Below, piece by piece: positions 43,700 through 57,811 of a DNA stretch of 64,000 nucleotides; positions within the stretch are counted from its first letter, which is position 1; each line of letters begins with the position of its first letter. The stretch lies in NCBI RefSeq assembly GCF_009834535.1, contig NC_045699.1, forward strand, positions 42,780,001 to 42,844,000, read 5' to 3'. Below the pieces are notes generated by a model. That model searched no databases. It was not told the origin of the DNA and worked only from the letters and a program-made list of their open reading frames with translations. The DNA is from Camelus ferus. Its lineage: Eukaryota. The position numbers and the translations under genes are program-made.

Positions 43700-44660
43700 G
43701 TATTTATTTTTCCTCAGCATTTTTAAGAATAAATTTATTGATTGATGTACATGTTTTTCTGTTGTGTTTATACATAGGAGTCGCATTGCTGAATCATAGG
43801 GCATGTTTATGATCAGCTTTAGTAGATACTGCCAATATTTTTCCAAAGAGATTATAGCAATTCACATTCCCAACAATATGTCAGAGGTCTAGTTTTTCCA
43901 CATCCGTGTCAACACCTGATGCTGTCTTTTTAATTTCAGCTATTCTAGTGTATATGTAATGATATCTCATTATGGCTTTCATTGGCATTTCCCTGATACC
44001 TAGTAAAGTTGGCCACCTTTTCATATGTCTACTGATTATCTTCTTTTGTGACTTGCCTGATCAAGTCCTTGGCCTATTTTTCCATTTGGTTGTCTTTTTT
44101 TCTGTTTATAGGAGCTCTTTGTATATTCTGGATATGATTCCTTTGTTAGAGGTATCTATTGCAAATATACTTTCTCATTCTGTACCTTGCTTTTTTATCC
44201 TCTTAGTGGTCTCTTTCAATGAACAGAAGTTCTTAACTTTGATCAGTCCAGTGTATCTTTTTGTTTATGGTTAATGCATTTTATGCCCTGCTTAAGAAGT
44301 CTTTGCCTACCCCAGGGTAATGAATATATTCTCTTATGTTATTGTCTAGAAGCTGTATTATTTTACCTTTTTTAGTCATCTGGAATAGATTTTGTGTGTG
44401 GTGAGAGGTAGATGTCAAGATTCATTTTTGGGGGGAGGGTATAGCTCAGTGGTAGCATGCATGCCTAGCATGCATAAGGTCCTGGGTTCAATCCCCAGTA
44501 CCTCCATTAAAAATAAATAAATAAAAACCTAATTACTCCCCCCAAAAAAGAAGAAAAAAAGATTCAATTTTTTCCCCTCATTATGGTTATCCAATTGATC
44601 TAGCACCTTTTGTTGAAAAAAACTGTCATAGTATAATTTCCAAAAAGCTAAAAGCAAGGT
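43700..44660 (-). mobile_element. Old LINE-1 fragment, antisense
   Basis: T-rich L1 ORF2/3' antisense text (ttggcatttccctgat, ctctttgtatattctggat, aagtctttgcctaccccagg). Confidence 0.7.
44430..44560 (+). mobile_element. tRNA-derived SINE (camelid-type) with target-site duplication, inside an antisense L1
   Basis: gggtatagctcagtgg A box and ggttcaatcc B box; flanks aagattcatttt / aagattcaattt. Confidence 0.88.
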
Positions 44661-44789
44661 TCTTACAAGAATATAGAATGAACACATGTCAAACATTTAT
44701 CTAACTGATTAATAAGGGAATAAACAGATAAAGCATGTGCATATATATACACACACACATACACACACATACGTAGAGAGAAAGAGAAA

Positions 44790-45257
44790 GAGAAAGAGAT
44801 TTTAAGGAATTGGCTCACCAGATTACAGAGGCTGACAAGTCCCAAAATTGGTAGGTGGCAAGTTAGAGACTCAGGAAAGCTGATGGTGCAGTTCTAGGCC
44901 CAGTCCAAAGACCTGAGAACCAAGAGAGCTGAGAGTATAGCTCCAGTCTGAATGCCAGTAGGCTCAAGACCCAGGAAGAGCTGGTGTTTCAGTTTGAGCT
45001 CACTGAAAAGCAGGAAAGAAAACCAATGTCCCAGCTCAAAGAGAGTCAGTGAAATAGAAATTCTCTTATTCAGTCCTTTTGCTCTGTTCAGAGCTTCAAC
45101 TGATTAGACGAGGTCCACCCACATTGGAAAAGCAGCCTGCTTTATTCAGTCTACCTTTTCAAATATTCATCCAGAAACATCCTTATGGACATACTCAAAA
45201 TAAATTTTCAACCAAATATTCGGCCCAGTTAAGTTGACACATATAATTAACTGTCAC
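44790..45257. mobile_element. MLT2-type ERVL LTR
   Basis: aaggaattggctcac...gaggctgacaagtcccaa and terminal aagttgacacatataattaactgtcaca resemble the MLT2 consensus (recalled). Confidence 0.7.
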
Positions 45258-47454
45258 AGGCATTTATAGGCATTTGAAAAAATAATGCTAGAATAAGATT
45301 GTTAATAAGATATAAAAGTGGTTAATGTCTACAGGACAATAACACCATAATCTTTTCTATTAATCAGAAATCTTTTGCAGTATTACCAGACAAAAATCTA
45401 TAGGTTAATGTGTGACTTCAGAGTTTTAACCTTTGATCAGTAATAGATAATGAATAAAGCAAAAGTATGTTGCCCGGATAATTCATCTTTGACTGCCTCT
45501 GCTGTCTTTTCTTTGATGCATTTCCAAGTTTTAGATGATTTTTATAACAAAACCATCCTTTCCCCTACTTCTCTGAGTATCCCTTTTTACATAAAACAAG
45601 TATTCATAATATGTGGTCTGTTTCTGGACCCTCTGTTCTATGAATTTATTTGTCCATCCTTGCCCCATTATCTTACTGTCTTTATTGTAATTTTGTAATA
45701 AGTCTTGATATCTAGTAGTGCATATTCTCCAACTTTAAGATTTTACGATTATATTGACTATTCTTGGCCCATTCCATTTCCATATAAATTTTAGGATCAG
45801 CTTGCTAATTTTCATACACACACAAAACACACACACTCCTACCTTCTAGGATTTTCATTAGGATTGCATTATATCTGCAGACAGAACATTTAGATTGTTT
45901 GTAGTTTTTTGCTATTACAAATAATGTTAATATTCTTTTATTCAATGAAAGTGTTGTAGAACTTTGTAAGAATCTTTTCACTTTAGGTCCAAGGAAAAAT
46001 AATAGTTTGGTGACTCTAAGTACCCTGATCATTTTAAACAAAACACTGAAGGAGATTTTATTTTGCCAAGTAGGGTTTCTGGGTCAAGTGGTAGGCGAAA
46101 AGTTTTAAGGCATTCCAATGGTTTTAACTTTTTACATACTGAGTTGGAGGAGGTGGAGTGACATTTAGTAAGAGAAATTAGCAGGTCATTAGACATATGG
46201 GTCTGAAGCTGAGGAGAGCAGTATAAACTAAAGATAAGATGTGGAACATATTGACATTTATAGATAGCAGATTATCTGTAGGCAAGGTTTAGGGTTTGTG
46301 AAGGAAGAAAAACAAAGGCTGTGCATAGAGATTTGGGGCTCTACTTCATATCCATATTAAATAATTTGAGGAAGAAAATAAGCCTGAGGAATAGTAGATT
46401 AAAGAGGAAGGGGGCCCTAGATCTCATGTATATGTGTTTGGGGTGGGGACAGGTCTCGGTTTGTGCCAGAGAGCTCCTCCTGGTGCCACGACCACTGGGC
46501 AGGGGCTATGTCAGTCTGAGTTCCTTCTCCCTACTACCTGCCCCTTGCAGGTTACCCCCGTCTTCCCTGACTTACTCCACTAACCCACCCACTGCTACTA
46601 AATCTGTGTGTTTTGGCTTTTGGAATCGATGGTTGGATTTGACTGTCTCCAGATACCTGAGTTTGCCCATCTATCCAGGTTCCTAAAGATGGGACTTGAA
46701 TTTGGACTTTCTTTTAGGATTTCTCCTGCTATACCCTCTGTTCCTGTCAGCATTCTGCACTGTGGATTAGCCTTCAGCTCCTGACAGTCATTCCCTGTCC
46801 TTTTGTTCATATTGCTAGGCCCTAGTTTTGTCAAAGTCCTGGGAGCCTTTGACTCAAAGGACAGATGTTTTGCATAGTCCATTTGAAGCTTGTTCCTTTA
46901 GAGGAGGAGAGATTATGTAAATTTTTGTCTATGCACAGGGCCTATTCAGATAGCTTTCCTGATTTTATAGATATAATCTCAGCGATAAAACAAACTTTCT
47001 CTGTTTTAACTGAAACTGAAGTTCAGTTTCAATTGAAAGGGTAGTTGAGGTCACCTCTTCTTTTGAGATTAAATAAAAATGCATCAAGCCCTTTATCCCA
47101 TAATCAGTGGGAAGTCTAGTGCCATCCTGGAGCCTTCTGTGAATTCTAGGACTGGGGAGGACTTTGATTTCCCATGACCATTCTTGACCTATAATCCCTG
47201 GCTTGCTGAATATGCAATTTGCTGCTGTTTCACCTCCCTGAGCTGATCTTTCTTTTGTCTTTTTCTAACCTAGACATAGAATTCTTTATTTTCCCCCCAG
47301 AACCTCTCATGGAAGGCATTTGTGAATGGCAGTCTTTACTGAAGCTTGGGGAATGATATAAGGGGTAGAAATATATCTACACAAACAACTGAAAATTGAA
47401 TATTTGAACATCTCAGTTCCTTAAGTATTCTTAAAAGTCTTTTGTTTGAGATTA

Positions 47455-48187
47455 GCAGATACAAGCTACTATATACAGAACAGATAAACAGCAAGGTCCT
47501 ACTGTATAGCACAGGAAACTATATTTAATAACTCGTAATAATCTCTAATGAAAAATAATCTGAAAAAAAAATATGTACACACACACACACACACACACAC
47601 ACCTTACTGATCCTGGCTGATTAACAAGGGAAAGGAAGTGCCTAGTTCATGAAAAGGCAGGACATTTCTCTTATCCCACAGCTGGCTCGTTAAAATCCAA
47701 GGACATACCCCAGTATCTCTTCCTTTGTTCCTGCCAAAGTTTCTGCTAATTGCTTTTTGTTTCAGGGCTGAGCTCTGAAGGAGGAAGGAGGAAGGAGCCC
47801 GTAGCAGAAAATAATTAACACCACCACCAGAATAAAGAGAAAGATGGCAGAGCCTTCTAACAAAAGACCCCGAGGCCCATCCCGGGCCTAAGCTGTCTCT
47901 ACTGGCCATCTTGGCTGACAGTTCGCTGCTCCAGCACTTCCTTTCCTTCCCTCTGCTTGAGCACTTTCCTTCCATTCCCCCTTCTGAGTAATAATTCTGC
48001 TATTCAATTCCTCCCTCTGCCTCTGCTGCGTGAATTCTTTCACAGCTGTCGACAAAGACCCACTTTGGTGGGCTTCCTTATTTAGGGGCCCCTCTACCAC
48101 TAACATATGTATAACTAAATCACCATGCTGTGCACCAGAAACTAACACAACATTGTAAATCAACTATACTTCAGTTAAAAAAAAAAG
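47455..48187 (+). mobile_element. L1 3'-tail element split by an ERV LTR (~47608-48105)
   Basis: Left half (aggtcctactgtatagcacaggaaactatat) and right half (aactaacacaacattgtaaatcaactatacttca-polyA) match the uninterrupted copy at 62250-62415. The insert starts TG and ends CA. Confidence 0.7.
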
Positions 48188-48659
48188 TCCTTCAACCATC
48201 TCGTGATTTTTTTTTGACCCTCTCTCACGATTCCCACTCACCTCTCTCTATTCACAATGCTTTATTAAGCCAAGCAATTTCTCCACACCCATCTCCTCTA
48301 GAGGTTTATATTTGCATATCAAAAAGCTCATTGTTATAGAAGACAAAGCCCTTAAAGAAAACCTCTTTCTGTGTCCTTCGGTCCTTTGACCCTAATCCTG
48401 AAAGCATGTGTTCTTTTTTGGTAAGGAAAATAAATCAGCAGATCTTTGAAGCATCATTCACTGTTTAAAAACAAGTTACTTTTAAGATCTTAGTGCCTGC
48501 TTTCCCAGAAGATAGGCCACATATTGCAATAATGAAAAAGAACGTTTAATACTTACAAATTGTTAAAAGTCCTTTGTTTTGAAATAATGCTGATTTGCTT
48601 TTTGTCTTTCTATTAAGGAATAGTTTCTCAAATGAAGTGTGAGAATTTAAATGTATGTC

Positions 48660-50040
48660 AGTAAGGATGTTTCAGAGTCCAAACTCTTTCTGCTCGCCGC
48701 ACAACAGGCCAATAAATTGGGAGATGAGGTGTTGGGGCAAGGAATCACGACTTTATTTGGAAAGCCGGCAGACCGAGAGGACGGCAGACTAATGTCTTGG
48801 AGAACCATCCTACTCTAGGCAGAATATAGGCTCCTTTTATACAAAAATACAAGGGTGGTGGGGTGTGTGGTTGATTGTTGCAATCCTGCTGCAGGCATTC
48901 TTTGTTCTTGCAGCCATCCCAGTGGGCCAGGTAATGGTGTCCCTGTAAACCTCCAACAAAACAAAGGTTATTCTCTACTACAAGGAGACCTCAATTTTAC
49001 CTCAGGAGAGATTGTCAAACATCTGACATCTGCCCTGCTGTGCCATCCCCCTGATTTGGCATTCCTGGCCTTTAGCCTGCAAGGCCCAGGCTGCAAGCAT
49101 ACTCTTTTGGAGGTCATTTGCCTCCAAACCCCAGCAAACATCAATTTAGGATCCAAAATTATTTGGACAATCAAAGTATCTTTTAGTGTTCCCTGGTACT
49201 CCCAGTGCAAAGAAATGTTTGATTGTAATAGCTGAAGAAAAGTGTCCAAAGGAAATAAATTTGCAGAAGACTATTCACCTTTTGGTGAGAACATTTGCTT
49301 GCAGAGTTGAGGACATTGGGAGTTTAAGGATAAATGAAAATCACCTTCTTCATTATAAAGCGCAAAGGGACCGTTTACACTCTCCCCCTTTCTTAGAATG
49401 TTTTCCTGGAGACAGGGTAAATCTGAGGCCTTCCACTAACCTTGGTAATAAAGAGAAATCTCTCTAGGGATTAAGTCTAGGCTCCAGTTTTTACAACATA
49501 GAGATATCTCCTAGGTTGTGGACCAAATTGTTGCAGGAGAGGAAAATATCATGTCCTGGGACATGCAGGAATCCTTAGGACAGACCACTAAGTGAGGGTT
49601 CTTGGCTCTGTGCAGGAAAGAAGTGAAGAGCCAGCCACAGTAAAGGGGAAGGCAAGTTTATTTAGAGATACACATTCCATAGGCCGAATATGGATAGTCT
49701 CAGAAAGTGAGAGCAGCCCCAGGGCAGAAGGTGTTGAAGGTTTTTAAGGGTTAAGTAATTGCAGAGGCTAATGAGTGGAAGGAATATTCTTGCTATTTGG
49801 GGGAAGAGTGGTGATCTCTCAGGAAGTGGGCCATTGCCCACTTTTTGGCCTTTCACAGTCCACCTCGGAACTGTCATGGTGTAAGTGGGAGTGATTTTTA
49901 GTTTTACAATAAAGATATAAGGAGCTAAAAATCAATGAGTGGACCAATCTCTAAGCCACCTTGGTTTCAGGGGTTCCAGCTGGTCTTTATCATATCCTAA
50001 CGGTTTCACCCTTCATTAATCTAGCATTTGTTTTGTGCCC
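48660..50040. mobile_element. Cluster of ERV1-like LTR fragments
   Basis: LTR-like text such as gactttatttggaaagccggcagaccgag and ttcttggctctgtgcaggaaagaa...gccacagt; boundaries approximate. Confidence 0.5.
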
Positions 50041-50299
50041 TGCTTCTTTCCCTCCAGCCTCAAAATGACCTCTAGATATTTAAACCGGGGTCTCATGGAA
50101 ATGCATTGGAGATTATTAAAAGGTGCAGCCCTTTGCCTCTTGAGGAGATAACTGTTCTTCCTTCTGCTTTACTGTATAAATTATGTGAAATATTGTCCTA
50201 ATTTTGCAGTCATTTTTACATGCATGTAGGGCTTAGTAAATAATAAAGTATCCTTCTATATTGGCAGGGAGGGATCTTTTGGCCAGCAGGATTGTTTTA

Positions 50300-51310
50300 T
50301 TTCCCCCAAGAAGAGCAACACAATAGCCAATTTAAAAACAAAGAAAATTATTTCAAGTTGTTTTCCTGGGCTCTTGATGAGTCCATGTTACCAATACTGT
50401 TCATGTTGCTGTTTATTTAATAAATCAATGATCAATTTGAAGTGACTGAAGAATCATCCTCTATGAAAAGTCTGTATGAAACAATTACAGGTAAAAATGT
50501 TTTCAAGGAAGTTGAGAAAACACTAATTTAAAAACAACCCAAGGTGGAATCTGCTAAGATGTGTTAAAACTGATGGTGGTAAAAAGTATGTAGAGCAGAA
50601 AAAAAGGTTTAGTTCAATAGATTTACAAGCCTTGTGAAACTGTAATGTGTTTAAAGTGTATGGCTTTTTACTGCATAAGGTACTTTGCAGAAAATATGTG
50701 AATTTATCGTGTGTTATTAAACTAGTAATGTCAGACATTGACTTCATTTGCGCTCACAAAATTAAATTGTCATCAATTCCTTGTTTGTTTTTTGTTGTTG
50801 TTGTTGGAAATAAAAGCTGAAAATCTTGATGGCTTAGCAGTGCTAAAATTTATTATGATCTTTTGAGCAAATATCAAGAGGAGAATGTAATAGAATTTTA
50901 TAACTGTTTTCCAAGCAATGAATATGTTCAATTGAATCACATGCTCATGGACTGATATAACTATATAGCAACACCTATCAGGTGTTAAAAGACAGGTGAG
51001 ATACATATAATCTCATTACAGACCAACATTAACAAATTAACATTTGTAGTTGATTTTGATGATACTTTGAACCCCAAGGAAGCAAAACATATAGTCCTCA
51101 AAAGAAGTTCATTCTTCTCATCAGTCACCCTATATTACCAAAAATTATTATTATTTTGTTTTGAATGTTATCTATTTAAAAACTGTGGAAAAATTTCTCC
51201 CTTGTTATGTAAATGCCCATTTAATAGCTTTAATTTTACTTTCTTTGGCTCACAAAGCCTAAATATTTACTCTATGGTCCTTTACAGAAAACATTTGCTG
51301 GGTTATGCTC
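50300..51310 (+). mobile_element. hAT-Charlie (Charlie1-like) DNA transposon fossil with degraded transposase
   Basis: Broken-frame translation gives ALDES (50370-50384), FEVTEESSSMKSLYETITGKNVFKEVEKTL, WNLLRCVKTDGGK (from 50545) and WLSS. Ends in a MER58/Charlie-type terminus (aaagcctaaatatttact...cctttacagaaaacatttgctg). Confidence 0.8.
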
Positions 51311-51526
51311 TAAACAGTGCCCAGTACTAAAACAAAAAGTATACCCCAGTAATTTCTTTTGCTTATTTCCAAGTCTTGGGTAATTTTTTCCAATAGGTAG
51401 AAATGTTTATCTTTCCTCTCATGAAGGTTATGTTCTTTACAGGGAAATAGGCAATAAATAAAAATGGATAATAGATAATTAAGGGAGTGCTATGATGAAA
51501 ATAAGGTGATGTGATAAAGATGATAC

Positions 51527-51939
51527 TGTGAAGGAAAAGCCGGGCTGGGCTAACAAGATAACTCACAAATCTAATATCGGAATACTGATCTGAGTTCTGC
51601 TGGACTAACTCGTAAATCTAAGTTAATTAGTGTTGGTTTGCTGTTCATGTTTTTTTGCTAGCCAGCTGGATTTTCAAAGATACATATCTGGCTTTGGAAT
51701 GTTGGTTTGCTGCCTCCCTGCCTCCACTTTTGTGATAATGATGCTGCTAAAGCTGTTTCATGCCTATTGGCCTAATACCCCAAGCTTGTACTTAACCCTA
51801 TAAAACCTCATGTGCACGTCTTGGAGGTGCTCAGAGCTTTGGAGCAGAAGCCCCTCTGAGCCTGCCGGCCTAATACATCTGAGTACTCCAACCCTCCGAG
51901 TGGTGCTTGTTTCTTGGCTGGCCTGTCATTTCCGTAACA
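51527..51939 (+). mobile_element. Solo ERV1-type LTR, 413 bp, 4-bp TSD ATAC
   Basis: TG...CA termini (tgtgaagg...cgtaaca), atac on both sides, internal cctataaaa TATA-like box. Confidence 0.8.
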
Positions 51940-54526
51940 ATACAGTAGAGTGATGGGAATGCATTTAGATTGGGTAGCCAGGAAAGGCATTACTGAAGAG
52001 GTACCTGTAGGGTTAAGGACAAGAATGGGTCAGATGGGCAGAGATTGCAGGGCAGACTGTACTAGCACTGGGAATAGTAAGTGCAGAAATCTTAAGGTAG
52101 AAATGGATTTGGTGCTTTTTTTTAGCTGCTGATTGTTCACTACACAAGAAACTGGAAATACTGAGGCAAGGGGGTGGTCATTACAAAACAATCTGGTGAC
52201 CATCTCAAAGCTACCAAAAGGCAACCCATACAGACACCTCAGTCACATACACGTATACACACACGCGCGCGCGCGCATGAACACACCCTGCACACTCATG
52301 AGCCTGAGGCTTCCAAATCCCGCACAGCAGCTTGCACCCCAACCCCCAGCGGTGAGATGCTGCAGGAAAGCACAGCAAAGGATTTGAGGGCATGAATCTG
52401 GTGCTTTTTAAGGGAAATAAAGAAGGCCAGCGTGGCTAGACCAAGTCAAGAAGTGAGCTATTGGAAGAGAGCTGGCAGCAGCCAGGCCAGGTCTCATGTC
52501 TGCCTCCTGCATCTATCATGAGGTTTTGCCCCAGGTTCTAAGGATGAGTCATCTTATTTGCAGAGGGCTTTACCATTCACGTGTTCATATTTGCTGCCTT
52601 TTTAAATTCTCAGTGGCCCTGTGATGGAGGCCATGGAACTGAAACTCAGAAGCTTACTTTGCAGTCGGTCCTATTCTAGTTACTTCTACTCTGTATATCT
52701 TATTTCCCTGCCTGAGGATGCACTAGACAATCTCTGAAGTCCAGCCCAGCTCTGACATCTGGTACACTGTAGGAAGTATGTAATAATAGAACTGGGAAGA
52801 CTGGCTCAGTGCTTTTCCTGCTATTTCATTCTGTTCCTTTGTCACGACGTCCTAGGGGAGAGTGGATAGTTAAGATTTGAAAAGTTGGCTAAAATTAAGT
52901 TTTCGGAATCATTTGTGGATTCCAATTATCCAAGCAATCTCATTCTTCCTAGACTTAAACTCATGAAGAGAGGTATGTATTTTTGTCTATTCTTGAAAGT
53001 AAAAGTGAGTTTGTGTGTATTTGCTAAGTTAAAATAACCCCAACTTTTTAAGTATTTAAGCAGCTCTAAAACCTCTAAGTACATATGCACAAACAATTGT
53101 CTTCTTTATCCTAACCATGATTATAGCACTTTTCACAGTCTGTTTATCCCCAGACTGTGCATTCTTTGAAGGAATGTCTTGTTCCTTTTTGTATTTGTAG
53201 CACTATGTGTAGTACCTCATAGATAGTCAATAAATTTTTCTTAAATGTATGAACCCCTGCATCTCTTGTATGGCCACCTCTTCTGATATTTGTCTCTTTG
53301 TATAAGATTACAGTGTTACTCATAAACAGGTATTCAGTAATTACTTAATAGGAATGAATAAATGATTTATTGAAATTCTTTGAATTGTTCGGCATTGATT
53401 TTCAGATTTCACTAGTAAGATAATCTTTGTACAAGTATTTTTTTGCACAGGGTTTTCCTTCTCTATTTGAATTATTTTTGTGAAATATAATTCCCACAAG
53501 TGGAATTTTGTTCATTTGACAATAGTTACTGTGTTCCAGACATGCCAGGGAAAGCATGGATTTTAAGCATGGGAGTAACATTTCTAGTCTAGTTTTGCTG
53601 CTTTGGGATTTATAACTTTTCTCTAATTTTGCTAATTTCATAGGTTGAAAATTATTTCTTGACTGTTTTAATTTGCATTTTCTTTTGGATTTGTGATAAG
53701 TTAATAAATCTCCTAAATGTCAGACATTTTAAAGAAGTGTCTACAATTTATTACCTTTACTTCTTTTATTCTTTACCAGTTTTCAGTATGGATTCAGGTT
53801 CTGCCTTTGAAAACCTTCAAAGGTCACCAGTTGTGATTCTTCTTGCAAACAGTAGAATCCACTCAAGCTAGTTTAAGCAGAAAAAAAAAAATTGGGTCAT
53901 TGGGAAATTAATATAATCTCTGGAAAGCTTGGAGGCTAAGCAGTCAAGAATGAGAAGTACCCAAATTATACCACAGAACTAAACTGGCAAAGACCCCAAT
54001 TGCCATTGCTCTGGGCATAGACTTCACAACAAATGTCACAGAGGTCCATGACTTAGACCAGATCACCTGTCACTACTGACTCTGAAAGCTGGAGGCCCAA
54101 ACACTGCCTTCTTCGGAGAATATAATCCACAGGGCACCTGCCTCTTCATGATGGCTTCTTCTGTTTTGAAGCCTGAGAGAAGGTGGGTAAGGAAGCCATT
54201 GTGAAACTAGGAAGATGAATGTCTAGGTTCTAGAAAAGTGTGAAATATAATGTGTTTTTAAAATGTTGGGAAGCTCCCCAAATGACAATTGTCTACCATA
54301 GCAGTGATCTCAAATTGCCAAATTCAAAGGCCCTTTCTCAGTCCTCAAGATCTCTGCAGCATAACAAGNNNNNNNNNNNNNNNNNNNNNNNNNNNNNNNN
54401 NNNNNNNNNNNNNNNNNNNNNNNNNNNNNNNNNNNNNNNNNNNNNNNNNNNNNNNNNNNNNNNNNNNNNNNNNNNNNNNNNNNNNNNNNNNNNNNNNNNN
54501 NNNNNNNNNNNNNNNNNNNNNNNNNN

Positions 54527-55015
54527 CATCTAAAATGGCTACAACAAACAAGTGTTAGTACAGATATGGAAAAATTGAAATCTTTATACATTGCTGGTGG
54601 GAATGAAATATGGGGTAGCTACTTTGAAAAACAATTTGATAGTTTCTTATGTCCACACACAGACCTATATGTGATTATTCATGGTAGCACTGGTCTCAAT
54701 AGTCCCAAACTGCAAACAACTCAAATGTCCATCAAATAGTGAATAGACAAACAAAATCCTATCCATGCAATGGTACACTATTCATCACTAAAAAGTAATG
54801 AAATATTGATAAATGTTGCAATATGGATAAATCTCAAAAACATTATATTAAGTGAATGAAACCAGACAGAAAAGACATGGTGTCTTTTTGTCATTGCATA
54901 GTTCCATTTACATGAAAGGTACAGAAAAGCAAGTTTATAGAGATAAAAAATAGATTAGTACTTGCCTGGGGTTAGAGATGGGAACAGAGAGTGACTGCAA
55001 ATGTATACAAGGAGA
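54527..55015 (+). mobile_element. Old LINE-1 (L1M) 3' fragment between two gaps
   Basis: atacattgctggtgggaatg, caaatgtccatcaa, atggataaatctcaaaaacattatattaagtgaa. Confidence 0.7.
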
Positions 55016-55195
55016 NNNNNNNNNNNNNNNNNNNNNNNNNNNNNNNNNNNNNNNNNNNNNNNNNNNNNNNNNNNNNNNNNNNNNNNNNNNNNNNNNNNNN
55101 NNNNNNNNNNNNNNNNNNNNNNNNNNNNNNNNNNNNNNNNNNNNNNNNNNNNNNNNNNNNNNNNNNNNNNNNNNNNNTTCAATAATACTTACTAA

Positions 55196-55747
55196 TGACA
55201 AAGATTCTCTCGTTGACCAAACTATAGCCAGGTTCCACTGAGCCCTCTTTTGGACTTGTCCTCAACCTTAGCCTATAAACACTTGAACAAACACTAACAT
55301 AGTTTCTAACAGCTCAAGATTGCATTCCTAAGGATGACTCTAGCCTCTCTTAAAGAATCTGCTTGAGAACACTCAAGGCTGTCAAAAAAAATTCACTGGT
55401 TGTTCCAGCCAGCACCTAAAGATCAGGCCCCTGTCTCCGAGTCTCTGTGGGAGGGTAGGAGCCTAACTTCAATAAGCACCAGTTAGCAAACCTGGGTGTA
55501 TTTTGTATGGACCAACCCCTTCCCTTCTAGCATCTTGTAATTTTTCACTTATCTGAGTCTACTGAGCCCACCCTCTCAACCTCCTCCCTGTTCTTTCATT
55601 CTCCCTTTAAAATTCCCAGTCACTTCTGTACAAATTGAAGTGGAGTTCAGTTCATACTAGACCATTTTCCTTATTGCAACAGTATATTACTGATTGAAAT
55701 CTGTCCTCACCATTTTGAATAATATCCAGCTTTGTATCCTTTTGACA
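55196..55747. mobile_element. ERV1-type solo LTR (MER34/39-like)
   Basis: tgacaaagattctctc...cttttgaca with TG/CA ends; family assigned from memory. Confidence 0.55.
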
Positions 55748-57811
55748 ATAACCAATTCTTAAAACATTTTCATTCACTCACATTCATTTATTCAATTAGT
55801 CAGTAAATCTTGTTTGGGGCATCTAGGTCAGGTGTGCTCTGTGTTAGGAAAGATAGGGAAAATATATACTTTGCTGATGGGGAGCTGTGGAAATGTCTAA
55901 AGAACAAATAGATATGCAATTACTCTTCAATAAGGTAAGATTTATAATGGAAGTGTGTAGAACTGGTTTGCTTATTTTCCTGTTTTTCTCTCTGACCATT
56001 CCTTTTCTTTCTTTTCTTCCTACTTCCAGTAGATGTTCTCTGTAAGCTGACCTTTGCTCGTTTCTCATTCTGTAGTCTCCTGGCAAAATTACAGCTCCAA
56101 CTTTCAAAATCGTTGCAGCTTATTCTTAAATACCTGTACAGTTTGGTGTTTTCATGTCCTGATTTGTTTATGCTATTTATTTTCTGAGTGTGGAATGCTT
56201 TTTCTTCCTTCTTTTCATGTCCAGTCCTTTCTATACTTTAAGATCCATCTCCCCTATATGCTACTCCCCTTGTGAAGCCTGTCTTGATTCCTTGCATAGC
56301 TTCTGCTCAATTCCTCTGGTACTTGAAAGGCAATATAACATTATGGCTAACTGCCTGAGTTCTGGTGAACGATACAACTGGGTTTGTGCTCTGGATTTCC
56401 CTCATTTTATTTATCAACAAAATAGGGGCTAAAGTAATTACATCTTGATTGATTGAAATCTCTATCTATAGCCTGGACTGCTCTCTCAGTATCCAATTCT
56501 ACATCATCTGCTGTCTAATGAGTATATCTGAAGGTTATCCCAGGCAATCTCAAACTTAATATACGTTTCCAAAGGAAATACTTCTTTCTCCCCAAACTGT
56601 TCTTGCTGGATTTCCTATCTCTCATTAATTACAGCATCTTCCTTTTAGCCAATCTGACTTTAAAGCTCTCTCCCTTACCTTCTCATCCAATCATTGGCAA
56701 CAAAAGAAAGGATATTCTCTACTATATTCATAGTCATCATGTGCCAAGTTCTATCACTTTTGGCTCCTTAACATCATGGGAAATGTTAAGGGGATTGTCC
56801 TTCTCCTCCCCCGACCCCCAGTTCCATATTTATTGCCCTGGTTTAGTTCTTCCTCATTATCTCTCACAGATCTTTCCTATCACCTTATAAACTATTTAAG
56901 GATAAGGATGATTTATTTACCTTTGTATGCTTTCTCTATGCCTGACCTAAAAGGTACTTAATAAATATTTGTTGAATTGAGTTACTTTTTTTAAATTTCT
57001 CTATGGAGACATTGGGAAACATTTCCCAAAAGATATGGAACTTGCAGGCAGGGTAACATTTTAATGGCCTTGGAGCATGGCTTAAAGATAGTCATAAAGC
57101 TGGTAGAGGGTCCCCTGCAAAAGGGTTCTTATGCTAGTCTGCTCCTTCTACCTGAGAACTCCCAAAAAGACATCAGTAAAGACAATCCTGGGCATTTTGG
57201 GTTTATCCTTGAGATTCTTGGGTTCCCTTTATTACCTACTTTCTTGGGTCCCTCTCTCATTCTTCCTCATTTCCTGGATCTTAGAATCTTAGCTCTCAGC
57301 CACCTGCCAGCTAAATCTAAGTGTGAATTCCATTCAAATGCTGAAGAACTTAAGTACTGTTCTGGAAAAACTAATGAAGACAGTGGGGCATGGAGGCTCT
57401 GGCTTTCTATCCCCGTTTGAGTTTCTTCTGAAGGTACAGTTGCCTTGCTGTTGAGTCTAACTGGTCCTGGTCGAGTGCCTGGAGAGCAGAGGACTCTATT
57501 GCTTCCTTCCTCCAAACTTTTAACAGGGAAACTGGGATGCCTCAGAGCCTACATCACAACTCTCAGACAATGACTCCTGCTCTGCTTAGTCTCTTACTAC
57601 CTCCCAGCCACATTCCCCTCTCATGCCCACAATCTAAGTAATAATGAATATGTATGGGGCACTTAGTATGTACCAGGTAATTTAAATGCATTTACTCATT
57701 TAAACCTCAAAACCATCTTATGAAGTAGGTACTATTATTTATTCCCTGGGAAATTGAGGTCACATAGCTTGCTCAAGGTCACAAATACCAGAGCGAGGAC
57801 TCAAATCCAGG

